This document shows positions 50,640 to 63,440 of a stretch of DNA of 64,000 nt, piece after piece. This stretch comes from Eledone cirrhosa (lineage: Eukaryota), in NCBI GenBank assembly GCA_964016885.1, contig OZ024744.1:107880001-107944000 (forward strand), given 5' to 3'. The notes under the pieces were generated by a model that was not told the origin of the DNA, searched no databases, and saw only the letters and a list, made by a program, of their open reading frames with translations. A program made the position numbers and the translations under genes. Position 1 is the stretch's first letter; each line of letters opens with the position of its first letter.

Positions 50640-51955
50640 TATCCCTATCTCCAGCTGCTGTGATCAACTCATCATGTTTCTTGAAGACATTACCCAAATC
50701 ACTGATGGCAGCTCATGAGTGGATGTTATTTATCTTGACTTTGCTAAAGCTTTTAATTCTGTGTGACACAAAAGACTTTTGGCAAACCTCTCTGCAATGG
50801 GTGTGAGAGATGATCTTTGTAACTGGTTGAAGTCCTTCATTCTCAGTCGAAAAGAAGTAGTCATGTTTCTAGGACAGCATTCTTCACCCTATGAAATGAC
50901 ATCTGGTGTACCACAGGGATCTGTTCTTGGTCCCCTTTTGTTTGTTGCATATATTAATTATATAGATGCCAACTTAGAGAATGCCACAGTACTGAAATAT
51001 GCTGATGACATCAAGCTGTACCTTGAGATATAAAGGACAGATCCTGAACACTATAGATCTTTCCGGCAATCAGACCTGGACACAATGCAGCAATGGATTA
51101 CAGACTGGAAACTCAAGCTGGCTGTGGACAAGTGCACCACCATGAATTTGGGGAGGAAAAACCCAGCGTCCACATACTCCCTCCACAACACCAATCTCAA
51201 TTAGTCTTCTGGTGAATGTGACCTGGGCATTATTGTCAACAATGATTTGCATTGGACAAAGCACATCTCTAAAATTGTCAAGAAAGCTGATGGTGTCTTA
51301 GCATCACTCAGTAAGATCTTTGTCAGCCGCTCTCCAGCTATCTATCTAAAGCTGTATATAATGGCCACACTTAGAATTTGCATCACTAGTCTCGAACCCC
51401 TATCTTGCACAGAATATTGACCTCCTGGAAACTGTTCAGAGATGTACAACCAAACGAATACCCTCCATCAGGCATCTACCATACTCTGAACGCCTTGCTT
51501 CCCTGGGCATGGATACATTGAAGCTCCAACGTCTGGCAACTGACTTGGTAAACACCCACAAAATTACTAACCATCTTGCCAACAACAACCATGAACACCT
51601 TTTTGATTTCCATGTGTCTAACACACGTGGGCATGCCTACAAAGTTAGAAAACAGCACAGCTCCCATGACTTTCATTTTTTCACGCTCAGAGTTGCTGAA
51701 GCAAACTACCTGCATCAGTTGTTAGCTGTCGGGACACTGCATCCTTTAAAACTTCCATACTTCCTGAAATTCACCCACACTACACCTGATATTCCCCTTC
51801 CATACACACGCACGCATGTATCTGTGTGTATATTATGATACATACACTGTTCACTTTCCTGGCAATTGTACATTATTTGATATACTATACATACACCTTT
51901 GATGAGTTGTAGTCCACCTGAGCACTGTACTCAATAATTTTCATTATATTTTAAT
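50640..51955 (+). mobile_element. CR1-clade LINE 3' portion
   Basis: YLDFAKAF, SGVPQGSVLGPLLF, YADDIKLY, TRGH; 3' UTR shared with 22294-22930. Confidence 0.9.
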
Positions 51956-52107
51956 CAAATATTTACTTATTTACTTATTTACGAGGCTATAACAAAGGGA
52001 AATAACTCGGCACTACAACGCTATTAGCTGTCAGTCCAAGCAGCCGATGGAAACAGGCGAAGGTGACGTCACTCATCAAACATCGTTTATTTCCGTATTA
52101 CTACCAC

Positions 52108-53145
52108 GAGTAAGTGGAGTTTTCACGCGTTTTTTGGAGAGAGAGAGGGGGGGGAGACTTAAAAGGGCCAAATTAGAAAACAAATAGAAAAAACAAATAG
52201 AAAACAAGTCATGGTTATAAAGCATATCGATGTAAGTGGAGTTACTTAAATGAAAATATAGGTGGCCCTTAACCACCACCGTAAGTGGAGTTTTCACGCG
52301 TTTTTTGGAGAGAGAGAGGGGGAGAGAGAGGGGGAGAGAGAGGGGAAGAGAGAGAGAGAGGGAAGAGAGAGAGAGAAGACTTAAATGGGCAAAATTAGAA
52401 AATAAATAGAAAAAACAAATAAAAAACAAGTTATGGTTATAAAGCATATCGATGTAAGTGGAGTTAATTAAATGAAAATATAGGTGGCCCTTAACCACCA
52501 CCGTAAGTGGAGTTTTCACGCGTTTTTTGGAGAGAGGGGGGAGAGAGAGGGGAAGAGAGAGGGAAGAGGAGAGAGAGGGAAGACTTAAAAGGGCCAAATT
52601 AGAAAACAAATAGAAAACAAGTCATGGTTATAAAGCATATCGATGTAAGTGGAGTTACTTAAATGAAAATATAGGTGGCCCTTAACCACCACCGTAAGTG
52701 GAGTTTTCACGCGTTTTTTGGAGAGAGAGAGGGGGAGGGGAAGAGAGAGAGGGAAGAGGAGAGAAAGGGAAGAGAGGGAGAGAGAGGGAGAGGGAGAGGA
52801 AGAGAGAGAGAGAGAAGACTTAAAAGGGCCAAATTAGAAAACAAATAGAAAAAACAAATAGAAAACAAGTCATGGTTATAAAGCATATCGATGTAAGGGG
52901 AGTAACTTAAATGAAAATATAGGTGGCCCTTAAAAGCCAAATTAGAAAACAAATTTAGAAAAATTTAAATTAATTAGAAAACAAATTAGAAAATTAGAAA
53001 ACAAATTAGAAAATTAGAAACAAATTAGAAAATTAGAAAACAAATTAGAAAATTAGAAAACAAATTAGAAAATTAGAAAACAAATTAGAAAATTAGAAAA
53101 CAAATTAGAAAACAAATTTAAGTTAATTAGAAAACAAGTCATGGT
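52108..53145. repeat. Subterminal tandem repeats of the Merlin element (4 units of ~170-250 bp, then a 20-bp aattagaaaacaaattagaa array)
   Basis: gtaagtggagttttcacgcg...ggtggcccttaaccaccacc repeated. Confidence 0.9.
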
Positions 53146-53237
53146 TATCAAATAAATTTGATTTATTCATTTATATTTTCATTATTCACCAACCTTATTC
53201 AAAAGCATGTTTAGAAACATTTTTTTCACCAACCTTA

Positions 53238-56175
53238 TTCAAATGCATGGAATCAGATGACGGATATGTTCTAATAACTTTTGGAAAATTTCTCCTTTAA
53301 ATTCATACTGCCACATGAATTCAATGAGATGGGTTTATAACAAAATACTAGTGTGTATGAATATAACAAGGAGACGTGGTTTGTGTGTATAATATTTAAT
53401 TAACAATTTGTGGATATATAGAACAGTATAGTTGACATGTCAATGAATAGATGAAAGAATGAAGCAAAGTTATTAGTTACCATTTGGTTGCCAGGCGAAC
53501 GCGCCTTGCCGCAGACGCCTGGCCGAAGGCCAGGAGCCGAAAGGGCAAATGAGAGATAGGGAGCTTAAAGTTATTCCCTTTATAGGGTTGGAACGGAAGT
53601 GACAGAAAGGGTTCTATTTCCTATCTAGAGAGCGTTAATCTATTGGTGATGTGAGTGTCACAGCAAGGGAGGCAACTCCTGCTACATTATCCCTCGCCAG
53701 ATTTTTAAAATATAAAAATCGAATGAAATATGTATGTAGTAAATTGGCGAGAATGTTGTAACAGGCATGAACATTACGAAAAAACTAATGTTTGCAATAA
53801 TAGGAAAACAGCAAAATATATGCATGCAAAAATCAATGATAGATATCAAGGTAGCCAACCGCTCTTGGCCAGAGAACGATTGGACATCTATCTATCCATC
53901 ACCCAAAGATACAATGTAATCAAAGTAAGAGAAGAGCTTGAAAGTTCAAATGTTCAAAATACAGTTCACAGGTGTGCAATCACATGACAGCAGGAAAGAA
54001 AGTGTGTTCAGGAGAATGAATGCAGGTGGTTTCTGTTCTGTGGTATAACGTGAAATTTCCAACCTCCGAATGGATTTTCTCACAGGAAGAGTGCTGCAAA
54101 AATAAATTCTCTGGCTTGTTCTGCTGGATTTGGTTGTTGATGAAGCTGTGTTGCTGTTGATGTTGTTGTCTCGCGGAGTGAGTGTATTCGATGTTTAAAT
54201 TCACAGTAAAAAAAAATTTCAGAAAAAATGAGTTGCGCAAAGTGCTAGAAATAACAGCCGAAGTTGATGGTCGATGTTGAGAATGCGTTGACCTGTAAGG
54301 GTCAAGAGGCCAGCGACCAAAGAAATAAGCATTCTGAATAAATGCGCAGTTTTCAACGGCAAATTTACGTGGTAAATTTTTAAACCGGCAAATAGGAGAA
54401 TATAGCTTAAGGCTGGAGAATCCTTGGCGAGAAACGTTATCTCTGGCGTGTGGTTATCTCCGTGAGTCGAGAATTGTGCTGCCTACACGTGCCAAAACAA
54501 GGTTAAGTTGAAAAAAAATATTTCTATTGCGCGAGAAAATGATAGTGCAACAGGTCGTTGGCAGCCATTTTGAAAAAATGTGTGTGTGAAAGTGACAATA
54601 TGATGAAAAAGAAAGAAAGGCTTCACTTAGTATAACAAATATGGCGACTTCAATTTTTTTTGTGAACGATGAAAAAAACTTGAACGATGAAGAAAACGAT
54701 GAAAAAAGGCGATAGTTGAGATTCATCGAAAATAAATGTTCATGTTGAAATGTGTAAAAAAAAAATCAAATTTCTTTTTTTTTGTTTTTGTTTTTAAAGT
54801 GTTCGTTGTAAGAAGAAACGAAAAACATATATATATATATATATACAGTGAAATGCGTCAGTTAGTTGATGCGTGAGAGATTAAGAGTCTGTCTGAACGA
54901 GAATTTCACATGTGCATGTGTTCGTTTCTGTGTCTGCGTATTTTCATAGTTTGTCAATAAAATGTGCTGCGTATTCGTAATGTTACTCACACAACACCAG
55001 ATTCTGCTATTTTTTTATTTTTTCGGGGTCACCACTTATGACAAAATACTAGTGTGTATGAATATAACAAGGAGACGTGGTTTGTGTGTATAATATTTAA
55101 TTAACAATTTGTGGATATATAGAACAGTATAGTTGACATGTCAATGAATAGATGAAAGAATGAAGCAAAGTTATTAGTTACCGTTTGGTTGCCAGGCGAA
55201 CGCGCCTGTCCGCAGACGCCTGGCCGAAGGCCAGGAGCCGAAAGGGCTAATGAGAGATAGGGAGCTTAAAGTTATTCCCTTTATAGGGTTGGAACGGAAG
55301 TGACAGAAAGGGTTCTACTTCCTATCTAGAGAGCGTTAATCTATTGGTGATGTGAGTGTTACAACAAGGGAGGCAACTCCTGCTACAGGTTTGAAGCAAA
55401 TTTCTGGCTGTCCCGTTTTCCCTTTTATTCCTATTTTTTACGTGTTTCCACAAGCATTCTATGTGATTCGTTGTGGCAAATGTTACTGGATCAACAAAAT
55501 TGATCGAATGGTTCACCGTCAAATGTTGATAGCCTAGCTGATCGATCGTATTATAGGAACGTCATAGATCAGATATTATGGTTGTCCCTGGCAATATACG
55601 ATCCTGTATAATGGTTAAAAGTGTCTCCGCTGTCCTGTCTTCTACTGCTACTAAAATACATCTTCTGGTACCTCTTTCCAAAGCACCAAAAACCCACTGT
55701 GTTTTCACAGAATGGCCACGATGGTATTTCCTTCTCACGAATGCGCTTTCATCAATCTCGACAATTCAGTTTGGCCCGCCAAGCTTAATGTTTTGTGCCA
55801 TATAATACTCTGCACATACATCACGGCAAAAATTTCGCCAATCTGCTACGGCCACATTCGCGATACGACATTCCTCTGAAATCTTCTTTTGCCCAAAAAT
55901 ATAATATATCAACTATTTGTACACACTTCAAATTGCTATTTTCTAAAAATGTGCCTTTTCTAATAGAAACCTGTTTTCTATATGGTCTTTTACACGACCA
56001 GATAATCCCATCTGACACATTTTGTTTCGCTACTTCCAACATACGTTGACCACATGAAGGGCAGACCTTTCGTGTATTCAGAAGTCCTTGAATTTTCAAC
56101 CAATTGACGATATCTGCTGTAGTAGCGGTAGCGATGGTTAATTCCCTTAACACTTGGATATATTATAGAATTCAT
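53238..56175 (-). pseudogene. Merlin DDE transposase (split at 53336-55387, frameshifted)
   Basis: CPSC..WSC..SIRKGTFLE; IVEIDES; WVFG; ILPGTTIISD; HLTVNHSINFVDP; TNHIECLW; resumes HLIEFMW after the insertion. Confidence 0.9.
53336..55387 (-). mobile_element. Non-autonomous LTR retroelement (351-bp LTRs 53336-53686 and 55037-55387, non-coding interior)
   Basis: Direct repeats; PBS TGGTGACCCCG (55034-55024) complementary to the tRNA-Trp 3' end; purine tract GGCGAGGGATAA; 4-bp TSD GGTT at 53332-53335 and 55388-55391. Confidence 0.92.
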
Positions 56176-56555
56176 CTTTCAACTTGCAGATGCGTGTATT
56201 ATCACAAAGTGAAGATTAAAGTTTATTTATTTACACGTGGTGTTGGTGGTGTTGGTGATGATTGTTGCTGATTGGTGGGGATTGTCTCCATGGGGACTGT
56301 CGCTTGTCTCCATGGGCACTGTATCCATGCTTTTGAATAAGGTTGGTGAAAATAATTTGTTTTCTAAACATTTATTCATAAATATATAGGGTTGGTGCAA
56401 AAAATTTGATAACCATAATTTGGCCCTTTTAAGGGCCACCTATATTTTCATTTAAGTTAACTCCACTGTTGGTGAAAATGACTTGTTTTTTATATTGATA
56501 ACCATAACTATGAAAATGTGTGACGTCATTCGTCAACCTTCCCCTACTTTCTCTT

Positions 56556-56822
56556 CTGACAGCTAATACCATGAACTGTCTGACAGCTAATACCATGAAC
56601 TGTCTGACAGCTAATACCATGAACTGTCTGACAGCTAATACCATGAACTGTCTGACAGCTAATACCATGAACTGTCTGACAGCTAATACCATGAACTGTC
56701 TGACAGCTAATACCATGAACTGTCTGACAGCTAATACCATGAACTGTCTGACAGCTAATACCATGAACTGTCTGACAGCTAATACCATGAACTGTATTTT
56801 TACAGTTCATGGTATTAGCTGT
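56556..56822. repeat. 24-bp tandem array (about 10 copies) ending in a hairpin
   Basis: (ctgacagctaataccatgaactgt)n then attttt + acagttcatggtattagctgt (reverse complement of the unit). Confidence 0.95.
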
Positions 56823-57009
56823 ACCCTCCTCCAGACGCTAGGCGAAAAGCCCGAAGGTAACTGTAGCGAACCCACAAGCATGAGCTCCCAGCACAGGCAT
56901 GAAATATCAACGCAAGGGGTACATGTATGAAATCAGGCATGAAATGGTAAAGAAAAGGTACATAGTAATACAATAAAGATAAAAACAAAAAAAGGCTCCA
57001 GTGGCCAGT

Positions 57010-60000
57010 TCATATGATAAAAGTTTGGAAGAGTTCCTTGGGCCAGTGGACTCTTCGATCGGAACAGGTCGTGATCTTGTATCTTGGTGATGGAGGGGGG
57101 GGGGGGGAAGTAACAGGTGTGTGTGCAAAAGAGAAAGATAGGGGTATATGTGGTTCAGTTGTGTGAGCCCGTTTAAGTTTATCAACGCAATGGTCTCTCT
57201 GGATCCCTTAATGTCTACAGTGAAATGTTTATCAGAACGAGCTAATACACGGTAGGGTCCAGAGTACAGCATCGTTTCTTACTAACACATGTGTCCACGA
57301 GGCAATATCCCTCGGGACTGCAGCTTCAATAGTTTGTTTCCTAGTATTCATGGGCGGTAACTCCTGAAAATAGGAGCGCAAACGAGATACGTAGGAAACA
57401 GGGTCCTGGAAAGCAAGATCAACAGGGGCAAGCATTTGCCCAGGCAACGCTAGAGGAGCACCATACAGTAATTCGGCCGGGGAGAACCTTTATTGATGGC
57501 CGAATTCCTAACAACACAATAGGAAGGTACTCGCTCCAACGTTGATTGGCGGTGGAATCGTTCCACCATTCCGTTTGAAGCAGGATGATAGGCTGTGGTC
57601 CGAATCAGTTGAGCGCCAGTGATCTTTGTGAGCTCAGAGAAAAGATGAGACTCAAATTGTCTACCACGGTCTGTGGTGACTGTAGTTGGTACCCCAAAGC
57701 GGGTAATCCACCCTGATACCAGGGAATGCGCTACAGTCTCGGCAGTTATATCTTGTAAGGGGATGGCTTCAGGCCATCGCGAAAAACGATCGATACAGGT
57801 CAAGAGGTACGAATATCCACTGCTGAATGGCCAAGGTCCAACGATATCAATGTGGATGTGTTGAAACCGAGCATCTGGAGTACTGAAAGTAACAAGTGGA
57901 GTCCGGATGTGTCTGTGGACTTTAGATTTTTGACACTGTGTGCAGGAGCGGCACCAGGCAGTAATTTCTCGCCTCCTATTGGGCCAGAAAAATCTAGCTG
58001 TTATAAGCTTTACTGTGGCAGAAATTCCTGGGTGAGAAATACTGTGCAAAGCAAGGAACACAATTCGACGGTGAGTCTCAGGAACAAGTGGTTGTGGTGA
58101 ATCCGTAGATACATCACATAGAATCTGCCTGTCGGAGGTCGACAAGGGCAGATATTTGAAGATGCAAGTCGCAAATTCGGCAGAAAGAGTATCCAACGAT
58201 TGGAGTGCAGGTTGGTCTGCAGCTAAACGACCTAAGTCGATCTCCTGGGATGACGAGATGGAGCTGATTGGCAAACGTGACAATGCGTCTGCAGCTATGT
58301 TATGCGAGCCAGCAATGTGCTGGATATCATTTGTAAATTGCGAAACGTAGTCCAGGTGCCTTGTCTCTCTGGGCGAATATCTGTCGGCTTTAATCCTCAA
58401 AGCGAAGGTCAGAAGTTTGTGGTCGGTTAAAACAGTAAAATTTCTCCCCTCAAGAATATGAGAGAAATGTTTCACCGACAGATATATGGCTAATAATTCC
58501 CGCCCAAACGTGCTGTAACGCGTTTCTGCTGGTTTCAGCTTCCTCGAGAAAAATGCCAAAGGTTGTTGGTTTCCAGCGGTGAACTGCTGTAAAACTGCTC
58601 CCACAGCGGTATCAGATGCATCAACACAAAGCGAAAGCTTGGCTTCTGGTACCGGGTGGGCTAGCAAAGATGAACTAGCGAGTGCTGTCTTGGTAGTCTG
58701 GAAGTCTTGAAGCTGTCCTTGTGTCAAGGAAATATCCTCATTCTTCTTACGACGATTTTTCAAAATGCCAGTAAGGGAAGATATCAAATTAGCACAATGA
58801 GGAACGAAACGCCTATAGAAATTGATAAGGCCTAAGAAGTGACGCAACTGGTGAAGTAAATCCTGTATGGCTTGAACTCGCTGAGGGAGCGGCCTAATAC
58901 CTTCGGCGTCGATGAGGTGGCCTAAAAAATTTAGCGAAGTGGAACCGTAAACACTTTGCTGGATTCACACGAACGCGGTAATCCTGAAGTCGCCGAAATA
59001 AGAGATGCATGTGGCGCATATCCTCTTCCGGAGAGGAACTAGCGACGAGAATATCGTCTATGTAAGCATAAACAAAGTCCAGACCACGAGTGACTTCGTC
59101 TATGAACCGCTGAAAAGAACTAGCGGCGTTCCTGAGTCCGAAAGGCATGGTAAAAAATTCGAAGGATCCGAAAGGAGTTGTAATCGCCGTTTTCGGAATA
59201 TCCTCCTTCCTGACCGGAATTTGGTGGTAGGCTCGCACTAAATCTAGTTTTGAGAAAATCTTAAACCCCTGCAATGAAGAAGCGAAATCGTAGCGATGGA
59301 GAATGGGATACCTATCCGGGACGGTCATAGCATTTAACCTCCTATAATCCCCAGTGGGTCTCCAGTCGCCGGAAGTCTTGGGCACCATGTGTAACGGTGA
59401 AGCCCAAGGACTCGTAGATGGGCGAATAATGCCCAGCTGCAGCATATGGTCGAACTCGGACCGTGCTGCCTTTAATTTGTCCGCCGGTAAGCGGCGTGGA
59501 TGTGAGAACACTGGGGCGCCAGTTGTAGAGATAAAATGCTCCGTTGTGTGAGTCGGTTCGACAACTCGAACATTTCCCTGAGTAAGCTGTGGGAAAGAAT
59601 TCAACAATGCATGATAGGGATTCCTAGCATTAGCGATGAAAAAGGTCGGGCTAACCGTTGGAAAATTAGCTTTCTGCCCACGAATTGAAAAACCGGTGAT
59701 GTCATCCACCAGGCGTTGGCCACGGACGTCCACAGTCAAAGAGAAGTTGTGGAGGAAGTCCGCTCCTAAGATAGGGTATGGCAAATCGGCAACCGTAAAA
59801 ATCCACTTAAAATCCCTATGGAAGATTTAGGAATTTGAGAGGAAGCGAGATTTGCCCGTACATCTTTATAGACGAGTGATTAACTGCCTGTAGAGTAACG
59901 GATGATTCCTTGGGGGTATCTTTCAGGCAATGGACCGGCCAAATACTACAGGAGGCTCCTGTATCCACGAGGAAACCTCTTCCCGACATAAGGTCCTTAA

Positions 60001-60060
60001 TGAAGAAATGGCGGTTTGGTGGCTTTATGTTGAGGTTAACTGCCCCCCATCAGCGGACCT
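57010..60060 (-). pseudogene. pol: Gypsy pol (protease, RT, RNase H, integrase), frameshifted
   Basis: LVDTGA; [18 protein letters not shown]; DAS..GAVL; [28 protein letters not shown]; GPY. Confidence 0.93.
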
Positions 60061-60061
60061 C

Positions 60062-60856
60062 TTAGGCGTTTCCCGCCTTATGAAACGAGCAAGGTTGCAC
60101 GCAGAGGTTCGCGCTCTCAGCAAATCGCTGATGGTACCAGCATAAAGATGAAGCTGGTGACCTGGAGCGGCGTCTAAAAGATTGAAATCTCCCGCGGCTG
60201 CGGAGGCGCGAACGGGCACCACACCAGACCTTCATCTTCTGGAGCTCCAGGGTGAGTTCCTGAATGGCCTTCTGCATCGCTATAATAGCTGAGCTCTCTA
60301 TAGGAGCTGCCGCGCAGATGGCATGGCCAGGTGTGGCCTGAGCTGGTTGGGAAACAGCGGCAAGGGCTTCGTTGCCTCCAGCACCCGTCACTTCGAAAAC
60401 TTTGTCCGCAGAGGCGGCAAGCTGATCCACCGTGCAAGTATCCCTAATGGGGGCCAACATTTCCTGTACGTTGGTTGGTAGGCGCGAGAAGAACAACTGC
60501 TTCAGCATGGGAGTTTCCGCTACCAACCCCTCCGTTAGGTCCTTCATTCGCCTTAGGAGGTTCGATGGGGTGCCATCACCGATATGCTCCAGATGGACCA
60601 GAGCCCTAAATCTTTTTTCTGCGGACTGTGCAGTCCGGCTGAGTATTTCAGCCTTCAGAGACTTGTACGTCGCGTCGGTGGGTGTTTCTAACACCAGGTC
60701 CTTAATCGCTGGGATAAGTGCCGGCGGAATTGCACTAAGGACCAGAGGACGTTATTGTGCCTCGCCAATTCTGTTCGCCTCGAAAAATGCTTCGAGTTGG
60801 GCGAACCATAACCTTACGTCGCCCGTGTACGTAGGTAGAACAGAATGAGATGCCAT
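60062..60856 (-). pseudogene. gag: Gypsy gag (one in-frame stop)
   Basis: MASH..LWFAQLEAFF..Y.SLKAEIL..LFFSRLP..CWYHQRF..C..PC. Confidence 0.85.
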
Positions 60857-62065
60857 TGGTATACCGTAGGTAATTTACAAAAAAAAAAAAAAAATCGTCT
60901 CCGTTTGGGAAAATGTCTCCAACACAACAGAAAAGGAAAACAAAGTCGCTTATTTTTTTCTGTCAAACAACTGGACAGGAAAAAGAATGCATCCGAGACA
61001 ACATGCAAAGGAGCGACTAACCGAGCGATGTCATTAATAAAGTATAGGCAGGGAATTTAAAACTAAAACCAACATGACGGACTATTTCGCGCCAAAAACA
61101 CTAATGATGGAGAAGAAAGCCGCCATCTTGTCACCCTCAAACATTTTTAGCCAGAGAAGAGAGGAAAAGAAGAAAAGGAGAAAAAAAAGAAAAAACATTC
61201 GTACAATTGCTGTTTGTTTGTGTGTAAATAACTTTGGGTGTTCGTTTTGCACATATGAAGAGTTTGATGTTAAGTGTTACAGAGAAATATGTTTAGCTCG
61301 GTCAATACAGCCATATCAGAATCAAGTGTGTTGTTCTGTATTAAATGTTGTTTTTTTTCTCTTTTTTTTTTATATATACACATGGTATCGTTTCTCATTC
61401 TTTTTTTTTTTTTTTTTTTTAAACGTCAGGTCACCAATTTAGGATATTAGTATCAGTATATAAATATTATCAAGAATGATAATAAATGCAGGTGAGAGTT
61501 GTGACATGGTTTTACTTCACAGAAGTCAAATAAATTGTTATAAATAATTGTTACCAGATGTTGATGTTCAGTTGGTCACAACTCCCAGACTGGAGTGTGT
61601 GGAGAAGAACAGAAAATCTTCTCTTGGTAAGGTTCAAGTGTTTCTTTAGGCTGCCGGTGTTCTTCTTCTTGGGTGCGAAGGAAGTGAAACAGGAGTCATC
61701 TCTTGACAAGGTCTCAGGTGTTCTTGTCCCTTCGAAGTTCAGGAGTAAAGTGTGTCTTATGGCTTGATTGTCCTCGACTATATAGTCCCCAGGGGGACGC
61801 AACTCCGTTTAGTACATGAATCTGCCGCTGGGAGTCACGCCCATCGCAAAGGGCCGTAACTCCTATACGTGCTGAGACACAGCTGTAAGGGCCGCTACAG
61901 TCGTTTTTAATATATCATGGATTACGTTACTAATTAAATAAGACAGTGTAACGTAGTCTTCGTTCAATTTCTATGTATTACATATTGTCAATTACGATTT
62001 TATTTGATGTATCATATCTACATGTATATATACTTGTGTATAATATCAATATGCACACTACACAT

Positions 62066-62104
62066 GCTAGCAGAAAACCACGCGAAGGGTGGTTTTTCTG
62101 CTAG
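62066..62104. repeat. Short CTAG-ended palindrome related to 32588-32624
   Basis: ctagcagaaacc..ggtttttctgctag. Confidence 0.7.
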
Positions 62105-62269
62105 TGTATATAATGAAAATTATATATATAAAATAAGAATGACTGACGAAGACTCTCTCTAAACAGGTAATAATTTCTGTTTGCGTTTAAAAGATTGAAA
62201 GTTTGAAATACCTTGGTACAACTTGCGTTTAAAAAACGAAATTTTTTAATGATTCAATCTGTTCAAGGT

Positions 62270-63440
62270 CAGCCCTTCTCATAGATTTCCATCCTGCCTC
62301 CAACACTTCGACGACCTAATTTTTGAGAGACTCGAGTACTTGGTCAATGTCAGACTATCTCCAGAGACCCGCGATCAGGCTGCGTTGCCCGAGCGATTTG
62401 GGAGTCTTGGTCTTCGTAAGTGTTCATCCCTCCCTCTCCCCTACTTCCTTTCCTCCACCCCGGTCGGCAACATCCTCTCCTCTCCAACATGGACCAGTTC
62501 CAACAGGGAGTTGGATGAAGCTCTCCAACAATGTAGTGAGTTGGGCTTGTCTGTTCCTGGGAAGGTGGACGACAATCGAAGACAGCTTGGTACAGCATAA
62601 GTTAGAAGGCCACCTTCGACTCCCTCTTCATCCAGTCAGATCAGTTTTCAAGGTGCCGCTTACTGTCTGCCAGTGCCAAATACTCAGGCGACTGGGTTGA
62701 TGCCCTACCCGTGGCCAACGTTGGTGGCCTACTCAGCTTGGACGAACTTCGTGTCCCCATTTCCCTCAGAGTGGGAGCTGACGTCTGTAGTGGTCTGAGA
62801 TGTCGATGTGGCAAACTTCTCGACATCATAGGTCTCCACGGTCTTTCTTGCCGCCTGAATACCAGTTGTTTCACGCGTCACGCGGAGCTAAGCCTTATTC
62901 TCAAGAGAGCTTTGGCCCAGGAAAACATCCACTCAATCTTGGAACCATCTGGATTGTACAGAATTGATGGGAAAAGACCTGACGGCCTTACCCTGTGCCC
63001 CTGGTCGAGAGGCAGGTGCCTTATCTGGGATGTCACAGTTAGTAACTCGTTTGCTTCTTCCCACATCCTGGATGCTGCAGTTAGGGCGAGAGCCACAGCT
63101 TCCGCAACCGAACGGAACAAAATCCTAAAATACCGTGATCTCTCGGCCAACTATATTCTCCAGCCTGTGGCGTTCGAGACGTTTGGGGGAGTCGGACTAC
63201 TCTGACTGCAAGATTCCTATCATCACTGGCGGCTCGCCTAACAAAGGTAAGTGGTGAAACTCGTGAGGGCACTTGGTTGTTCCAGTGCATCAGCCTCGCC
63301 ATCACCCGAGGTAATGCTGCGAGCATGCTGACTTAAAAAATCATTACAGAGGTTTCTCAGTGCTCCTTGCGATACTGTCCACCCCCTTTGCCTGCCTTTT
63401 GTTGTATGTGGTCTAAGATATGTGTTGTTTTTTTTAATAC
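62270..63440 (+). mobile_element. CRE-like RLE non-LTR retrotransposon 3' portion
   Basis: AALP.RFGSLG; CRC..HGLSC..RH..EP..DGKRPDG..WDVT..K..KY..AFETFG..RGNAA. Confidence 0.85.

Larger units (their letters stand above)
52009..56570 (-). mobile_element. Merlin (IS1595/IS1016-like) DNA transposon, interrupted by an LTR element
   Basis: Inverted end motifs tattagctgtcag / ctgacagctaata, gtgacgtca, cttaaatgaaaatataggtggccct; internal transposase. Confidence 0.75.
56862..61899 (-). mobile_element. Ty3/Gypsy LTR retrotransposon (putative 5' LTR 61899-61438, Trp PBS, gag-pol; matching 3' LTR absent)
   Basis: PBS TGGTGACCTGACGT at ~61436; domain order PR-RT-RH-IN. Confidence 0.9.

Noticed and set aside
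56556-56796. 24-bp CRISPR-like repeats and repetitive ORFs (MVLAVRQF)n
   Set aside because: Head-to-tail with no spacers; the ORFs are a by-product of a stop-free unit divisible by 3
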